A DNA stretch of 64,000 nucleotides. It comes from Felis catus (taxonomy: Eukaryota). The DNA lies in contig NC_058368.1 in the NCBI RefSeq assembly GCF_018350175.1, forward strand, positions 214,770,001 to 214,834,000. The letters run 5' to 3'. Positions 23,604-37,145 of this stretch are shown one piece after another. Below the pieces are notes generated by a model. That model was not told the DNA's origin. It worked only from the letters and a program-made list of their open reading frames with translations, and made no database searches. A program made the translations under genes and the position numbers. Each line of letters begins with the position of its first letter. The first letter of the stretch is position 1.

Positions 23604-24052
23604 TGTAGCAGATGCTGTTGGTACCTGGCCCAAACCCTTTGGTCTTTTACACCCTCACTTGATTTCCGATTGCCAGCACCCACTTTTCTTTACCTGAGGA
23701 TTTTCTCTGATAGTCAAACCTTCTTGGCTTCCATGTGGCAGGCTGAGAATACAGGAGAAATGATGACCCCCAGGAAGAGCTGTCAACCAGTGACTAACGG
23801 GAAAGCTGTTGTTACTTCAGCTTTCTCACCTGTAAGGTGGCATAATTGTGAAGCACATGTCTATATTTCCCCCCAAGATGAAACTCCTGTTTCGGTGGTA
23901 ACTTGCTCAATAACACACCCTTTGATTCCCGTCCTTTCTCTGCTCCCTGACTGTCTCCATTACCCCGTTTCCTGGTATCATCTCTCAAATAAACTACTTG
24001 TATGTGAATCTGTGTCTCTGGTTCTGTGCTGGGGGTAAATAATACTAAGGCA
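23604..24052 (+). mobile_element. ERVL solo LTR (LTR16-like)
   Basis: tgtagcagatgctgttgg start; tctcaaataaactacttgtatgtgaatctgtgtctctggttctg end. Confidence 0.65.
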
Positions 24053-24054
24053 AA

Positions 24055-25150
24055 TAATTGTTCAGTCAACAGATATTTATGAATAGCTCACTCTGTGCAT
24101 AAAGTAGACAAAAATTCCTTTCTCATGGGGTTTACATTCTAGTAGAGAGGGCAAATAAATAAATATATGATTATATCAAATATAGGGTTATGTAAAAAAT
24201 AAACAAACATATGCATGTGTACATTTGATTATATCAGACACTGATAAGTACTATAGAAAATATCAAGGCAGGGAAAGAGGAGAGGGAGAACAACTGTGGA
24301 GGGCATTGTAATTTGCCGTAGGGCGGGCAGGGATTTTACAAAAATCATTGGAACAAAGCCCAGAAGGAGACGAGGTGCATGCCATAGGGGAGAACATGAT
24401 CCCAATTCTGACAAACTTAAAAGTATACCTTTTTGTGTTTATTTTCTTACAAATATGATTTTCTTTAAAAATATAATGGCAATATAGTATCTTATCAAAT
24501 GGAAAGTAAAACCTTATGTATAAAGGAAGGAAGAATCACGGGAGTCAAATATATTGTACTTTGACAGAGACATTTCAAGGTCTGCCTGTATCGAAATGGC
24601 TCTATCCATGTGACTCCCGCTGTAAATACAGTTGTATCAAAAGGTCCTGCTCTGAATAAGATAATGTTCCTTCCTTCAATAGACTGGATTTTAGATGCAC
24701 AAACTAATACAAAAATGTATTGTATTTAAAGAAAAGGAAGAATTCAGAATAATAAGGAATTAATCTATGAGAGTGCAGATCAAAGAAACTTTTAGTCAGA
24801 TGCTGGTACATGGATAGCATATTGAAGATCAATCAGACAAACAAGGCAGGACATTCTGGATTCGAAAAATAGGTCCAGTGCTGTGAAATCATGTGGTGAA
24901 TGCCTTACCTCTGTTAAGAATTGTAAGTGCACACATTTCCAAGATTATGAGATGGCAGACAGGTAAAGTTGAAAGAAGAGGCAGGGGTCAGATCATGAAA
25001 GGACTTGGGTGCCTGGCTGAGGGGCCTGTGAATAATTTTGGGCAGGACAAATGGCATCATTAGGTATGCGTTACAAAGATCTTCTGGCTGCAGTGTGGAA
25101 TGCCAGTTGGAAGGAGCAGAAAACAGAGGCAAAGCAATGTCAGGAATTCG
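24055..25150 (-). mobile_element. L2 fragments (discontinuous)
   Basis: ttcagtcaacagatatttatgaatagctcactctgtg 3' end; gaggcaggggtcagatcatgaaaggac...aaagatcttctggctgcagtgtggaa. Confidence 0.55.
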
Positions 25151-25990
25151 GATATTTAGTCATGGTGAGTGCAATGAAGACCCAAAAACAGATTCAGAAG
25201 GACATGCCCGAGAAACCGACAGGGTTGCCTGAGTGACAATGCAGGTGTCTGGATGGTGTTCCTGGTTGAATGGGGTTACATATCTCAAAGTGGGATATGA
25301 CGTCAGAAAAACTTTTCATTGCTTCACAGTATGGCTCCAGTCTGCCTCTGCTTATGTATCATGTTACTATAGTATTTTATTCCTGGATGGATGGAAATCA
25401 AAAGATTGAAGTCAGTTGGATAATAAATACTTGTTGGTACCTTTTAATTAGTTTTCCAAATGAAAATTTTCCACCTTCTTACATTTTATTCTATAAATGA
25501 CCAGACGTTTGGCTAGCCAACTGTTGATGAAATAAAATAAAATTTCCATCTAAAAGAGGAACAAAATTAATTTTGAATGTGTAATAAGTGTCCTTTGCTC
25601 ACGTTCCCTTCCTCATGAGAACTCTTTACACTAAGACAATCCTATTTTAAAGGTGAGAAACTGAGGATCATTTTTTCGTTGTTCCATGATTCGTAAGTGG
25701 TGAAACTGGGGGATTTACTCTCTCTTGTCCTTGATGACAACACCCTAGACCTCTTCCCAAGAGTAATGCAAAAGTTCAAAAGTAAATGAATAGTCTGCTG
25801 TTGATATATATGATTCTAATTAGGAAAGGCATCTGCACTTTTGGTGGGATAGTAAATCATATGCCCTGTTGAAACTCTTCATTTTGAGCAAATTATGATT
25901 ACTTCAAACAGGAATAGTTGATTGACACTAAGCTCAGGAATTCTGATGATGCCATTGTGGAAAGGCGAATTATGATTTAAAGGTAAATAA

Positions 25991-26230
25991 GGGGTGCCTG
26001 GGTGGCTTAGTTGGTTAAATGTCTGCCTCCTGATTTCAGCTCAGGTCATGATCTTACAGTTCATGGGTTCAAGCCCCCCACCCTCCCCATCAGACTCTGT
26101 GCTAACAGTGCAAGACCTGCTTGAGGTTTTCTCTCTTTCTCTCTCTGCCCCTTCCCTGCTTGTGTGCTCACTCTCCCTCTCTCTACCTCCCTCTCTCTCT
26201 CAAAATAAATAAATAAATAAACTTTAAAAA
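25991..26230 (+). mobile_element. CAN-SINE
   Basis: ggggtgcctgggtggcttagttggttaa head, CT tract, (AAAT)n tail. Confidence 0.95.
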
Positions 26231-27089
26231 AAGGTGAATGAGATTTCAAGTTGAGTGACTTTTACCAGTGATGTTTGCAGTAATACTCATTTGGTTTTAT
26301 ATTCTGAATCAAAAAGTTAGAAATTTTTGCTCAACTAGAACTTGCAGGCACATAACTTTTTCTGAAAAAAGTTTTAGTGAAGTCACTTTTATATAGAAAT
26401 ACAATATAAAAATATATAATACATGATTTCATATGAGGTATGTAAAAATTACAGCATGTATAGAAACATGCACATATGTATATATGCACACACATAAAAT
26501 TATATATAAATTCATATGTGAATGTTTGTGATTTAATTCAATTCATAGTAGCAAGGAGAAATAGAAGGACATTTACTAATGTTGCTGAAGGTTTACTTAT
26601 TTTCTCTCAAATTTGTATTGACAAAAGCATAATCAGACACAATTATATATAGATAAAATTCCACGGACTTACAACCAAAGTCCCTTTGATATGTGCATAA
26701 GAATAACTTAAGCAAAGAAAAGTGTTTTTAAGCAATGATGTCAGATGTCCTTTTAGAACAGAATGACCAATTTCAACACCATTAAAATAGGTCAGGGTTG
26801 GCTTTACAACTTCTTACAAGGTTATTAATTATTATATAGGAAAAAAGAACATTTTAATATCAGACCATTTTTGTTGAGATCACAAAGACTTCTTAAAACA
26901 TAGACCATTTTCAAACCATTTTCACATCATCAAGTGAGCTGCCTATGGGAATTTTGGCCCCAGTATAGGGTTCACTCTAGCAAGTACAGGATTAACAGAA
27001 GATGGGATTGAGGGGGGCTGGAGAACCCATAGTTCTTAGTTACCTTCCAGGGCTTTAGGAAACACAGCTGTCGGAGTCATTGTTTGAAG

Positions 27090-27775
27090 AAAATATGATC
27101 ATGTCTCTTCTCTCCTGTTAAAACCCTTTAATGGTTTTTAATTCTTTTATAATACGAAATCCCAACATGCCCTCAAAACTTCCAGCATGATCTGCAGTCC
27201 TCTTGCCCTGTTTCTTGGCCTCCCTCACTGTGTTTGAGCCACTTGGGTTTTTCTGAGATCCTTCTTGGACTGTCATGCATGTGGTTTCCTCTGTCTGGAA
27301 TGCGTGTCTCTACTCCATGATATCAAACTTAATTATTCTTTTCTTTTCTTTCTTTTTTGTTTTTAAGTGTATTTGTTTATTTTGAGACAGATAGAGTATG
27401 AGCAGGAAAGGGCCAGAGAGAGGGAGAGAGTGTATCCAAGCAGGCTGACGCTGTCAGTGCAGAGCCCAGCACAGGGCTCCATCTCACAAACTGTGACATC
27501 ATGACCTGAGTTGAAATTAAGAGTCAGATGCTTAACCAACTGAGCCACCCGGGAGCCCCAAACTTAACTATTCTTTCAAGTCTTAACTTGAATACTGTTT
27601 TCTCTCTAGAAATCCTCTCCTAAATCCACAGTTTAGGCTGAAGTCTTCTGTTATATATTTTCCTAGTACAGGATTCTTCTCATAAAGAACACTTTGGCAC
27701 AATCAAAGTTGATCAGATATATGCTTAGAAGTGATTGTTTAATGACTGTTTTCTCCGAGTCTAAAACCCTTGAGG
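27090..27775 (+). mobile_element. L2 fragment interrupted by a SINE
   Basis: tgatcatgtctcttctctcctgttaaaaccctttaatggtt; gtggtttcctctgtctggaatgc. Confidence 0.6.
27342..27559 (-). mobile_element. CAN-SINE
   Basis: TSD aaacttaa(t/c)tattcttt. Confidence 0.95.
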
Positions 27776-27883
27776 CACAGAGGCTCCTGTGTCCAGCCAG
27801 TTACTTAGTAGGAACACAGAAGGTGATTGTGGATTAACTACCATGTGGTAGTAGTTTCACGTAAAAAGTGTTTGAAGATTCTG

Positions 27884-28047
27884 GGATGTGATCTCATGGT
27901 TCATGAGTTCAAGCCCCGCGTTGGGCTTCTCACTGACAGTGCAAAGCCCGCTTGGGATTCTCTCTCTCCCTCTTTCTCTGCCCCTCCCCCTCTCACTCTC
28001 TGTCTCTCTCTCTCTCAAAATAAATAATAATTTTTTTTAACTTAAAA
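27884..28047 (+). mobile_element. 5'-truncated CAN-SINE
   Basis: Starts at about tgatctcatggttcatgagttcaagccc (no A box); TSD aaaagtgttt(g/t)aagatt. Confidence 0.9.
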
Positions 28048-28234
28048 AAAAGTGTTTTAAGATTTTAAGCAGCTTGGGAAGCTTTTCTTTTGTAGACGAG
28101 CCCATTAAGAGAACGATAATGAAGAAATATTCGTTTGACATGTGTATGAGGTCCTTTGCCATTTTAGTTCTTACCTAATTTGTTAAAGTGTGTTTTTAAG
28201 AGTAGTATCAAAGTGGGCTGTTGTATTTATATAC

Positions 28235-28430
28235 CATTGGTTCTCAACCAGGGTCACTTAACTCTTCAGGGGACATCTGGCAATGTCTGGAAAGGTTTTG
28301 GGTTGACACATTGAGGGGTGGTGCTGGTATCTAGAGGATAGGGATGCGGCTAAAATCTTACAACGTATAGTGAGGGCACTCAAAGAATGATCCAGTCCAG
28401 TGTCCATAGTGCCAAGGTTGAGAAACCCTG
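28235..28430 (+). mobile_element. MER20 (hAT-Charlie MITE)
   Basis: ca(t)tggttctcaacc...ggggacatctggcaatgtctgga...atagtgccaaggttgagaaaccctg. Confidence 0.88.
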
Positions 28431-28837
28431 ATATAGAGAATGGGACTCTGAATCATTCTGTCCTGGGTAAATATAGTTTGTATAGTTCAACCTGAAAGAA
28501 TGTTAGTTTAAGCTAAGTAATTTATGTTTGGTACTCCCATAGACATGAATGGTATTCTTGTTTCATAATGTGTAACTGGATTGTTTAGAGTTCAGTACAA
28601 ATAGCTTTCCATACCAAACACAATATCTTGCACATTCCTGACATTCAATAAATCTTTGTTGAATTGAATTTTATTTGGCACATCATTCCAGCTTGTCAAG
28701 ATCATCTTGTGTCCAAAACCTAATGTCTAAATTAGATCTAACTTCCTAGTTTCATGTCAAGCACAAAATCAGTATGGCATCTATGCCATTGATGAACATA
28801 GTGAATAAGATAAGACCATACGTTAAAATGAAATTCT

Positions 28838-29060
28838 GGGGGCACCTGGGTTGCTTAGTCAGTTAGCATCCGACTTCGGCTCAGGTCATGATCTTGTGGT
28901 TTGTGAGTTCAAGCCCCACATCAGGCTTTGTGCTGACAGCTCAGAGCCTGGAGCCTGCTTTGGATTCTGTCTCCCTCTCTCTCTGCCCCTCCCCCACTTA
29001 TGCTGTCTTTCTCTCTCTCTCAAAAATAAATAAACATTAGAAAATTAAAAAAAAATAAAT
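28838..29060 (+). mobile_element. CAN-SINE (SINEC_Fc-like)
   Basis: TSD aaatgaaattctgg. Confidence 0.96.
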
Positions 29061-29409
29061 AAATGAAATTCTGGAGATTCTGTTATGGAATATAAGCATT
29101 TTTAAAATTATAATTTCAGCATAGTGGTGTGTACTTTGCCCTGTGACACCTGCTTTGTATAAGTTTGGCATTCATTGATGAAAATAAAGTAATTATACTT
29201 TCCAGAAGATTTTATATATAGAAATGAATGTGAAAGAATGGATAATATTTTAGAGTAATTTTGAAAAAAATGAGTTAATACCTTAAATGTACTGAAATAT
29301 TCCTACAGATTGATAAAAGAACATTATGCCTTCTATAAACAAATGGGTAAAGACCAAGGAAAAATACACAAGAGAAAGTTATTTTAAAATGTTATTAACT
29401 TAAATAGTA

Positions 29410-29555
29410 ATAGTCAACATTTATTGAACACTTTTTCAGGCACTGGGCTAAGTGCTGTACATGTACTTTCTGACTTGCTCTGAAGTATGTATTCTTTTTA
29501 TCTATATTTGATGGGCTTATCAAGGTTAAGTAATTTGCCAAAGTCCCTTAGCTAT
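29410..29555 (-). mobile_element. MIR fragment
   Basis: aacatttattgaacact...caggcactgggctaagtgct...aggttaagtaatttgccaaagtc. Confidence 0.65.
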
Positions 29556-30304
29556 AAAGAGATAGAAGAAAAAATATTCAAGTATACTAATGGTTAGACA
29601 CTTGCAAATTAGGCAACCACATGATAGATTTTGCATTGCATGTTAGAGAAAATTAAAACTATAATAATGTTCAATGCTGTAAATTTTGGAGTAGAGTTTA
29701 TATGCACACATCGGTGGAGGTGGTGGAGGTGAGGTCTTTAACTCAATGAAAATCAAATTGACAGTGTTTTTCAAGCATCATAAAAATATTTTTATGCTTT
29801 AACTTACAGTCTGACATATAACTTAAGCAAAAATACATTTTAAAATAACTATATATAGAAAGTTGTTTATGTATAAACTTATTATTTAGAATGTCAAAGT
29901 TAAATTTCTAGAATCAATTGGAATAAATTTGACAAGAGCAGATTAATAAAATATTATGAGTATTATTAAGGCCTATTTTAATTTCAAAGATTATGTGCAA
30001 CCTAGAAACCATTTTTATTATAATTTTGAGAAAAGGAAGACAGATGCAAAGTAAATTTATTATCAATAAATCAACATATGTCTACCTGTAAGAAAATCTG
30101 GAAAGGAACATGTAAGAAATGAAAATAAGTCTGTAATGTAGCAGCAGAACAATTAAATCAATGGAAACAGAGTTAATGCAATATATGTGTTATTCAAATC
30201 TATGAGTATCAAAAATGAATAATTAAATTTTTGCATTCTTAGGTTGTCTTACAGAATCTATTATCTATCCAGAATAGAATAATTTGGATTCACACTCCCT
30301 ATAT

Positions 30305-30472
30305 CAGGGTTTCTCACCCTCTGCACTATTGATATTTTGGGTTGGAAAATTATTTGCTGTAAAGGACTGTCCTGTGTATTGTAAGGTGTTTAGAAGCATC
30401 CTGGCCTCTATCTACTAGATGACATTATACCCCCATCTCACCATTCTTTACTATGACAGTCAAAAAATGTGA
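30305..30472 (-). mobile_element. MER20 partial copy
   Basis: cagggtttctcaccctctgcactattgatattttggg...gactgtcctgtgtattgtaagg...catcctggcctcta. Confidence 0.85.
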
Positions 30473-30482
30473 ACTCTGGTTT

Positions 30483-31030
30483 TGTAGAAGATTGTTTGGA
30501 AAACTGGCCACAAACATTCCTCTATCTTTATCAGTGTGTTTTGTAATGTGCCTGCAACTCTTCTCAGATGGACCCTATTTTTCTACCCCCTTTATCTGGA
30601 CTGGTTTTGTGACTTCCTGTGGCCAATACATTGAGCTAGTAATTATGGGTCCCAGTTCCAAGCCCAGGTTTTGTAAGACCATGCACAGTTCCCCTGTTTT
30701 TTTTTTTTGTTTTTTTTTTTGCTTCCCTGCCTTTCATCTGAATAAACCTAACCTAGGGGATGAGAGGAAGAAAGACAACATGGACCAGAGTTGAGTTAGC
30801 CAGAAGTTCCAGATGAGGTTCCATATATATTTGAGAGAGTTGTCTAAAAGACAACTCAGAGGTGAGCCATAGCTAACCACAAATTATAGGAGATCCCACT
30901 CCTTAGCAGAAGAACATCCCTGTTGCGTTTAGCCTAAATTCCCAAACCACAGAATTTCAATCCGAATAGATAGCTGTTTTAAATAAGTAAACGTTTGAGT
31001 GCTGTGTTACGTGGTAATAGGTAGCCAGCT
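30483..31030 (+). mobile_element. MaLR LTR (MLT1F/G/H-like)
   Basis: aaactggccacaaa..ttcc start; agcctaaattcccaaaccacagaat...tgttttaa...tgttacgtggtaatag end. Confidence 0.65.
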
Positions 31031-31855
31031 TATTTACGTGACACTTAACTTCACAGTTTCTGGAAAATGTGTGTTAATGCCAAATGTCTGCGAGGTCAAG
31101 TTCTATATCCTGTTTGCTGTTTACTTTTCTCTCCAGGATCACTCACTAATACTACTAGTTGAAATATACCTGGGTTTTCTACAGAATGTGTAATTTCCAA
31201 TCAAGTAGTAGAGACCATCACATCTTGTGGAGTTTGACTACATAAATAGCTAGATTTACTCTAAGATATGATTTGTTTTTACGTGATTAGAACCAATTAT
31301 GCTTTATTCAATTTATTTTACACTTTTTTGTCACTTAATGTATGCTTTATGGGAGTAATGAAGTTGCAAGGAAAAACAAACTATTACTTCAAGATATAAA
31401 TATTTACAAGAAGTAGGTTGAAACTGCTGGGATATTTTGTGAGAATAATTAGGTGTGCAGATTAATGAAGTAAAAATTATTATAATTGTATTCTAGCAGT
31501 AGGACACTGCTGATGCTGGGATTGTTTGTATTGAAGTCCTTGTATTGTGTAAACTTTCTACTCTTTTAGCAACCTATATGATACTTATTCTGATGGAGTT
31601 TTTTTTTTAATCTCATCTCATGCTGTGGTGCTAACAATAATTTAATATAGAATCATATTTTATTATATTTTGGCAACGATACTGGGTTTTATTTAAAGTA
31701 TTTTAGAGGACATATTGAAAATCCTTACAGATATAGAGGTGTTAATATTTTTAGACTTAAAATCAGAACATTCAGGTTGTAGTTGAAAACTTTTACTGCT
31801 GACATTTTTCAAATTTCTACATTTCTTGCAGTTCCCTTATTTGAAATTTAGAATT

Positions 31856-32597
31856 GTGATCAACTGATTGTAAAAGTGGCCTCAATAATTCCCCTTACAC
31901 CTGTGTATATTCCTTGCAGTGTGACTTTACAGCTCCTTCTGTCAAGAAGTGGAGTTTTGGGACACATGGGTGGCTCAGTGGGTTGTGTCTGACTCTTAAT
32001 TTTGGCTCAGGTCATGATCTCACGGTTCGCAGGATCAAACCCCATGTTGGGCTCCATGCAGAGCCCAGTTGGGATTCTCTCTCCTTCACTCTCTGCCCCT
32101 CCCCTACTCATGCATGTGCTCTCTCTCTCTCTCCTTCTCTCACAAAATAAATAAATGAACTTAAAAAAAAAGAAGTGGAGTTTCTTCTCCCACTCTTGAA
32201 TCTGAAGTGACCTGTAACTTACTTTGACCACTAGAACATGGCAGAAGAGATGGTGTACCAGGTCTGGGACTAGGCTTTGAAACATAGTGCTTTGGCTCAC
32301 TGTCCCGGACTTCTGCCTCTCCATGAAAACTAGCCTGGCCAGTCCCACTGGTAGAGGGGAGACCACATGAAACAGAGCCATTGAATCATCCATGTGAGGC
32401 CAGGCTAGACCAGCCAATCCCATCTGACCCACCAGCTGCTTGCAGATAGAAGCATGAGCAAACCCAGCTGAGATCAGCATTACCCAGAGCTGATGAGCAG
32501 AACCACTGAGCTGACCTGTGGTCTCATGGGCTCTGAGGAATCTTCCTGTTTCAAGCTACTTTATTTTGGAATGGTTAGCTAGGCAACTATGACAAAC
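31856..32597 (+). mobile_element. MaLR LTR (MLT1F/G-like) interrupted by a SINE
   Basis: cttgcagtgtgactttacagctcct...tcaagaagtggagt...ttgaatctg...tttcaagctact..attttggaatggtt. Confidence 0.75.
31959..32169 (+). mobile_element. CAN-SINE nested in MLT1
   Basis: TSD aagaagtggagttt. Confidence 0.95.
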
Positions 32598-32873
32598 TAT
32601 ATTACATAAAATAATTACCACAATTTTTATATCTCATGTACTATTTATTGTGAGGCTTCAGTGGCATTATTTATATGAAAAAACAAGCACATATGTTTGG
32701 CCAATATTGTTTTATATAATGATGCCATAAATCATTTTATAAATTAAATTGTATTGCATTATAAATTATTTTATACAGATAATACATTTTTTGTTTACCT
32801 AAATCTTAATTTTACTGATTATTTCAAAATAACCATACTAAAGGAACACACACATTTAAAAAAACCTATTTCA

Positions 32874-33080
32874 TGATGCCCCTGGGTGGTTTACTCAGTT
32901 AAGCATCTGACTCTTGACTTCTGCTCAGGTTATGATCTCATGGTTCATGAGTTCAAGCCCCGTGACGATCCCACCTTGGGCTCTGCACTGATAGCATGGA
33001 GCCTGCTTGGGATTCTCTCTTTCCCTTACTGTCTTCCCCTCCCCTGCTCTCTCTCTCTCAAATGCATAAACTTAAAAAAA
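32874..33080 (+). mobile_element. CAN-SINE
   Basis: ctgggtggtttactcagttaagcatctgactcttgac head; TSD-like aaaaa(c/t)ctattt. Confidence 0.92.
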
Positions 33081-33181
33081 TCTATTTTACATGTGCCTAA
33101 AAACATTGTTTCCCAAGTTATGTTTTTAATTTGAGAAAACATCTTTGCTATAAAATTATTTTAAAATAGAAAAAAATCCAC

Positions 33182-33385
33182 GGGTGCCTGGGTGGCTCTG
33201 TCAGCTAAGTGTCTGATTCTTGATTTCAGCTCAGTCCACGATTTTAGGTTGTGAGAGCCCTGCGACAGGCTCTATGTTGACAGCAAGGAGCCTGCTTGGG
33301 ATTCTTGTTCTCCCTCCCTCTCTCTGTCCCTCCCCCGCTCACACTCTATCCCCCCCCCAAAAAAATATACAAACATTTAAAAAAA
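33182..33385 (+). mobile_element. CAN-SINE
   Basis: TSD aaaatagaaaaaa(a)tcca. Confidence 0.93.
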
Positions 33386-34159
33386 TAGAAAAAATCCAAT
33401 GAAATGTGCTTTTTTAGAACCTTTAAAAATGTAATTTGATACGTTTTCAGTATATAGACATTTCTCATTTAAGTACGGAGCAGAGACAAAAACAAACCAA
33501 TTGTCTGGATTACAGAGTGTTTCAAGAATTTTTTTTAAATTAGCTGTATAAATATTTAGTTATTTAAAACATTAAATGAAAATTAAAATAGGGGAAAATC
33601 ATAGGTCCTCAACAATGAATTAGAAAATCATGCTTGTTACTTGAATGGAATACCCACAAACAGTTTAAGCCACTGTGAAATATCATATTCTCTGATGGGA
33701 CATGTTTACACTGTTCTGATAAAGATAGCTGTTGCTGTAATTTTCTTCCCTGAAAGGGCACATATGGGAAAATAACATTTTCTGTGAGTTTATTGACTTG
33801 GCTCGGGAATTGTCTTATTAGTACTGACTGCTGCTAGAAAAAACAGCCAATAATTATTTCAAAATTCTATTGGAATCCTGTGCTAGATTGGTGTTTATGT
33901 TAACTTTTGCAGGTGCTGTGCTGTTCAGAGGCTTCCATGAACTACTGGTTTTCATTCATTTGTCCTTGTTTCCACTGACATTATCATTCATGACTGCACA
34001 GGACTATAAATGATGATCTAATGTCACTTATCTAATTGCTTGGCATCCTGCACTAAAGTTTAACCCTCTTGGGTCAATAACAGCTCTCAGCTTGGCATTC
34101 AACAAACAAGCATAGATATATATGGATATATTTATAGGGGACAAATGTGTAGCTTGTAT

Positions 34160-34314
34160 CTTTTTTTTTTGAGGTACAATTGACATACAAACAAGTTGTA
34201 CATGTTTAATGTATACGTATTGATGAGTTTAAAGATAAGTATACACCAGTGAAACAATCACCATTAACAATGCTGTAAACTTAGCCATCCCTGCTAAAAG
34301 TTTTCTCTCTGTGT

Positions 34315-34358
<44 letters not shown>

Positions 34359-35305
34359 TAAGAATATATAGCAAATATATAGCTGCCCTCTTAAATTTTC
34401 AAGTGTAGAGTATTATGTATATGCACTATGCTGTACTATAGAGCTCTGGAACTTATTTATTTTGTATAACGAAAACTAGGTCCCCAACATCTCCCCAATC
34501 CTTTCTCTTCTGAACCCTGATAAACACCACTGGACTCTCTGCTTCTGTGAGCTTGACTATGTTAGATTCCTGCTATAAGTGGAATCATGCAGTATTTGTT
34601 CTTTTGTGTCTGTCTTACTTCAGTTAGCGTAACATCCTCTACATTCATCCATGTTATAGTAAATGGTAGTATTTCCTTTTTTAAAAAGCTGAATAATATT
34701 ATATTGTATATATATGTATGGGTATGTATATACCACATATATGGGTATGTATATACCACATTTTCTTAATACATTCATCTATTGATCGATATTTAGGTGT
34801 TTTTTTTTCCAACTCTTGACTATTGTGAATAGGGCTGCAATGAACGTATGAGTGTTAAAATCACTTGGAGATCCCAATTTCAATTTTTTGGGATAAATAT
34901 GTAGAAGTGGGTTACTGAATCATATGGTAGTTCTATTTCTAGTATTTTGAGGAAACTTAATCCTATAATCTCTGTTAGTTTTCCATAGTGAGTGTACAAA
35001 TTTATACTCTCACCAACAGTGCACATGGGTTCTTTTTTCTCTATATCATTGAGAACATTTGTTATATCTTGTGTTTTTGATAATAGCCATCCTAAGAGTC
35101 ATGAAGCGATATATCAGTGTGGTTTTGATTTGCATTTCCCTGATGTCTAGTGATATTGAGCATCTTTTCATATACTTGTTGCCCAATTGTATGTCTTATT
35201 TGGAGAAATGTCTATTCAGGTACTTTGCCCATTTTTTAATTAGGTTGTTTTCTTTTTTGCTATTGAGTTCTAGGAATTCCTTATATATTTTGAATATTAA
35301 GCCTT
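34160..35305 (-). mobile_element. L1 (L1MA-like) 3'UTR plus ORF2 end, with internal (TG)n at about 34308-34357
   Basis: tttttgaggtacaattgacatac...gtggaatcatgcagtatttgt...gtggttttgatttgcatttccctgatg. Confidence 0.92.
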
Positions 35306-35459
35306 TTTTTTAAGGCTAATTTTTTATTCGGCACTTAAAACACAAGACTTCAGTATCTAGTGGTTGGGAATCAGCTAAAATTCTTGAAATTCCTATAACT
35401 GAAATTTAAAAAATTACAGTGCTTGCTTACAACTATTCCATATTCTCCATCTCCTGCAT

Positions 35460-35665
35460 TTTTCTTTTTTTAGTATAAATGTTTTTATTTCTTTTTGAGA
35501 GAGAGAGAGTGCAAGCAAGGGAGGGGCAGAGAGAGAGGGAGGCAGAGGATCCAAAGCAGGCTTTGCACTGACAGCAGCGAGCCCAGTGTGTGGCTTGAAG
35601 TCATGAACTGTGAGATCATGACCTGAACCAGTTAGATGCTTAACCAACTGAGCCACGAGGTGCCG
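35460..35665 (-). mobile_element. CAN-SINE
   Basis: Canonical body on minus strand. Confidence 0.93.
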
Positions 35666-35667
35666 TC

Positions 35668-35688
35668 ATTTCTTTCTTTCTTTCTTTT

Positions 35689-35755
<67 letters not shown>

Positions 35756-35835
35756 CTCTCTTTCTCTCTCTTTCCTTCCTTCCTTCCTTCCTTCCTTCCT
35801 TCCTTCCTTCCTTCCTTCTTTCCTTTCCCCTCTTT
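35668..35835. repeat. (TTTC)n(TTCC)n compound microsatellite
   Basis: Direct reading. Confidence 0.98.
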
Positions 35836-35864
35836 CTATCCTCCATCTCTAGTCCTGTATATTT

Positions 35865-37145
35865 AAAAAAAATTGTTGAGTATAGTTGTATCAGGTGTGC
35901 AGCATAAGTGATTTAACTTCTCTATACATTATGCTATGGCCAGCACAAGTATAGCTACCATCTGTCACCATACAATGCTATTACAATGTCATTAACAATA
36001 TTCCCTATGCTATAACTTTTATACCTGTTACTTACTCATTCCATAACTGGGAGCCTGTATTTCCTACTCCCCTTCACCCATTTTGCCCATCCCTCCAGCC
36101 TCCTCCTCTCTGGTAACCACCAGTTTGTTCTTTGTAATATAGGTCTGATTCTTCTTTTTGTTTGTTCATTTGTTTTTTTGTTTAGATTATACATATGGGA
36201 AATCATATAATATTTGTCTTTTTCAGTCTTATTTATTTTACTTAGCATGATATCTTCTGTGTTCATTCATGTTGTCACAAATGACAAGATCTTATCCTTT
36301 TCGTGGATGCATAATATTCCACGGTATATAGATACATGACTTCTTTATCCATTCATCTGATCAATGGACACATAGGTTTGTTCTATATCTTGGCTATTAT
36401 AATAATGCTGCAATTAACAAAGAGGTGCATATATCTTTTCAAATTAATGTTTTCATTTTCTTTGGGTAAATACTCAGTACTAGAATGATTAGATCATATT
36501 GTATTCCAATTTCTTAATTTTTGGAGAAACCTCTACTGTTTTCAACAGTGGCTGTACAAGCTTATATTCCTACAAATGGCACATAAGGAAGGGCTCCTTT
36601 TTTGCCACATCCTTGCCATATTTCTTGTCTCTTTTATTTTAGCCATCCTGACAGGTGTAAGGCGATATCTCATTGTGGTTTTGATTTGCATTTCCCTGAT
36701 GCTTGAACATCATTCCATGTGGACATTCAACCTTTTGAGATATGTGATGTGCGTGTATTTTTTCCCGTTCCATAGGTTAGCTTTACACTCTGTTGGTGGT
36801 TTGCTTTGCTGTGTAGAAGCACTTTAGTGTGATGTAGTCCCATTTGTCTATTTTTGCTTTTGTTGCCTGTGTTTTGTTTCATATCCAAGAAATCATTGCC
36901 GAGACCAAGAAGCTTTTTCCCTATGTTTTCTTCTAGGACTTTTATAGTTTCAGGTCATACATTTAAGTCATTAATCTACTTTGAGTTGATTTTTGTGTAT
37001 GGCACAATGTAAAGGTCCAATTTCATTCTTTTGCATTAGATATCCAGTTTTCCTAACACCATTTATTGAAGGGACTATTCTTTCCCATTGTGTATTCTTG
37101 CTCCCCCACCTTTGTGAAAGATCAGTTCACCATAAATGTGTGGGT
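35865..37145 (-). mobile_element. L1 (L1_Carn-like) 3'UTR and ORF2 3' part
   Basis: caagtatagctaccatctgtcacca...ttttagccatcctgacaggtgtaaggcgatatctcattgtgg...ttccctatgttttcttctagga. Confidence 0.92.

Noticed and set aside
32007..32480. Longest ORF in the track (157 aa, minus)
   Set aside because: Spans an MLT1 LTR and a nested SINE, so it is a repeat translation.
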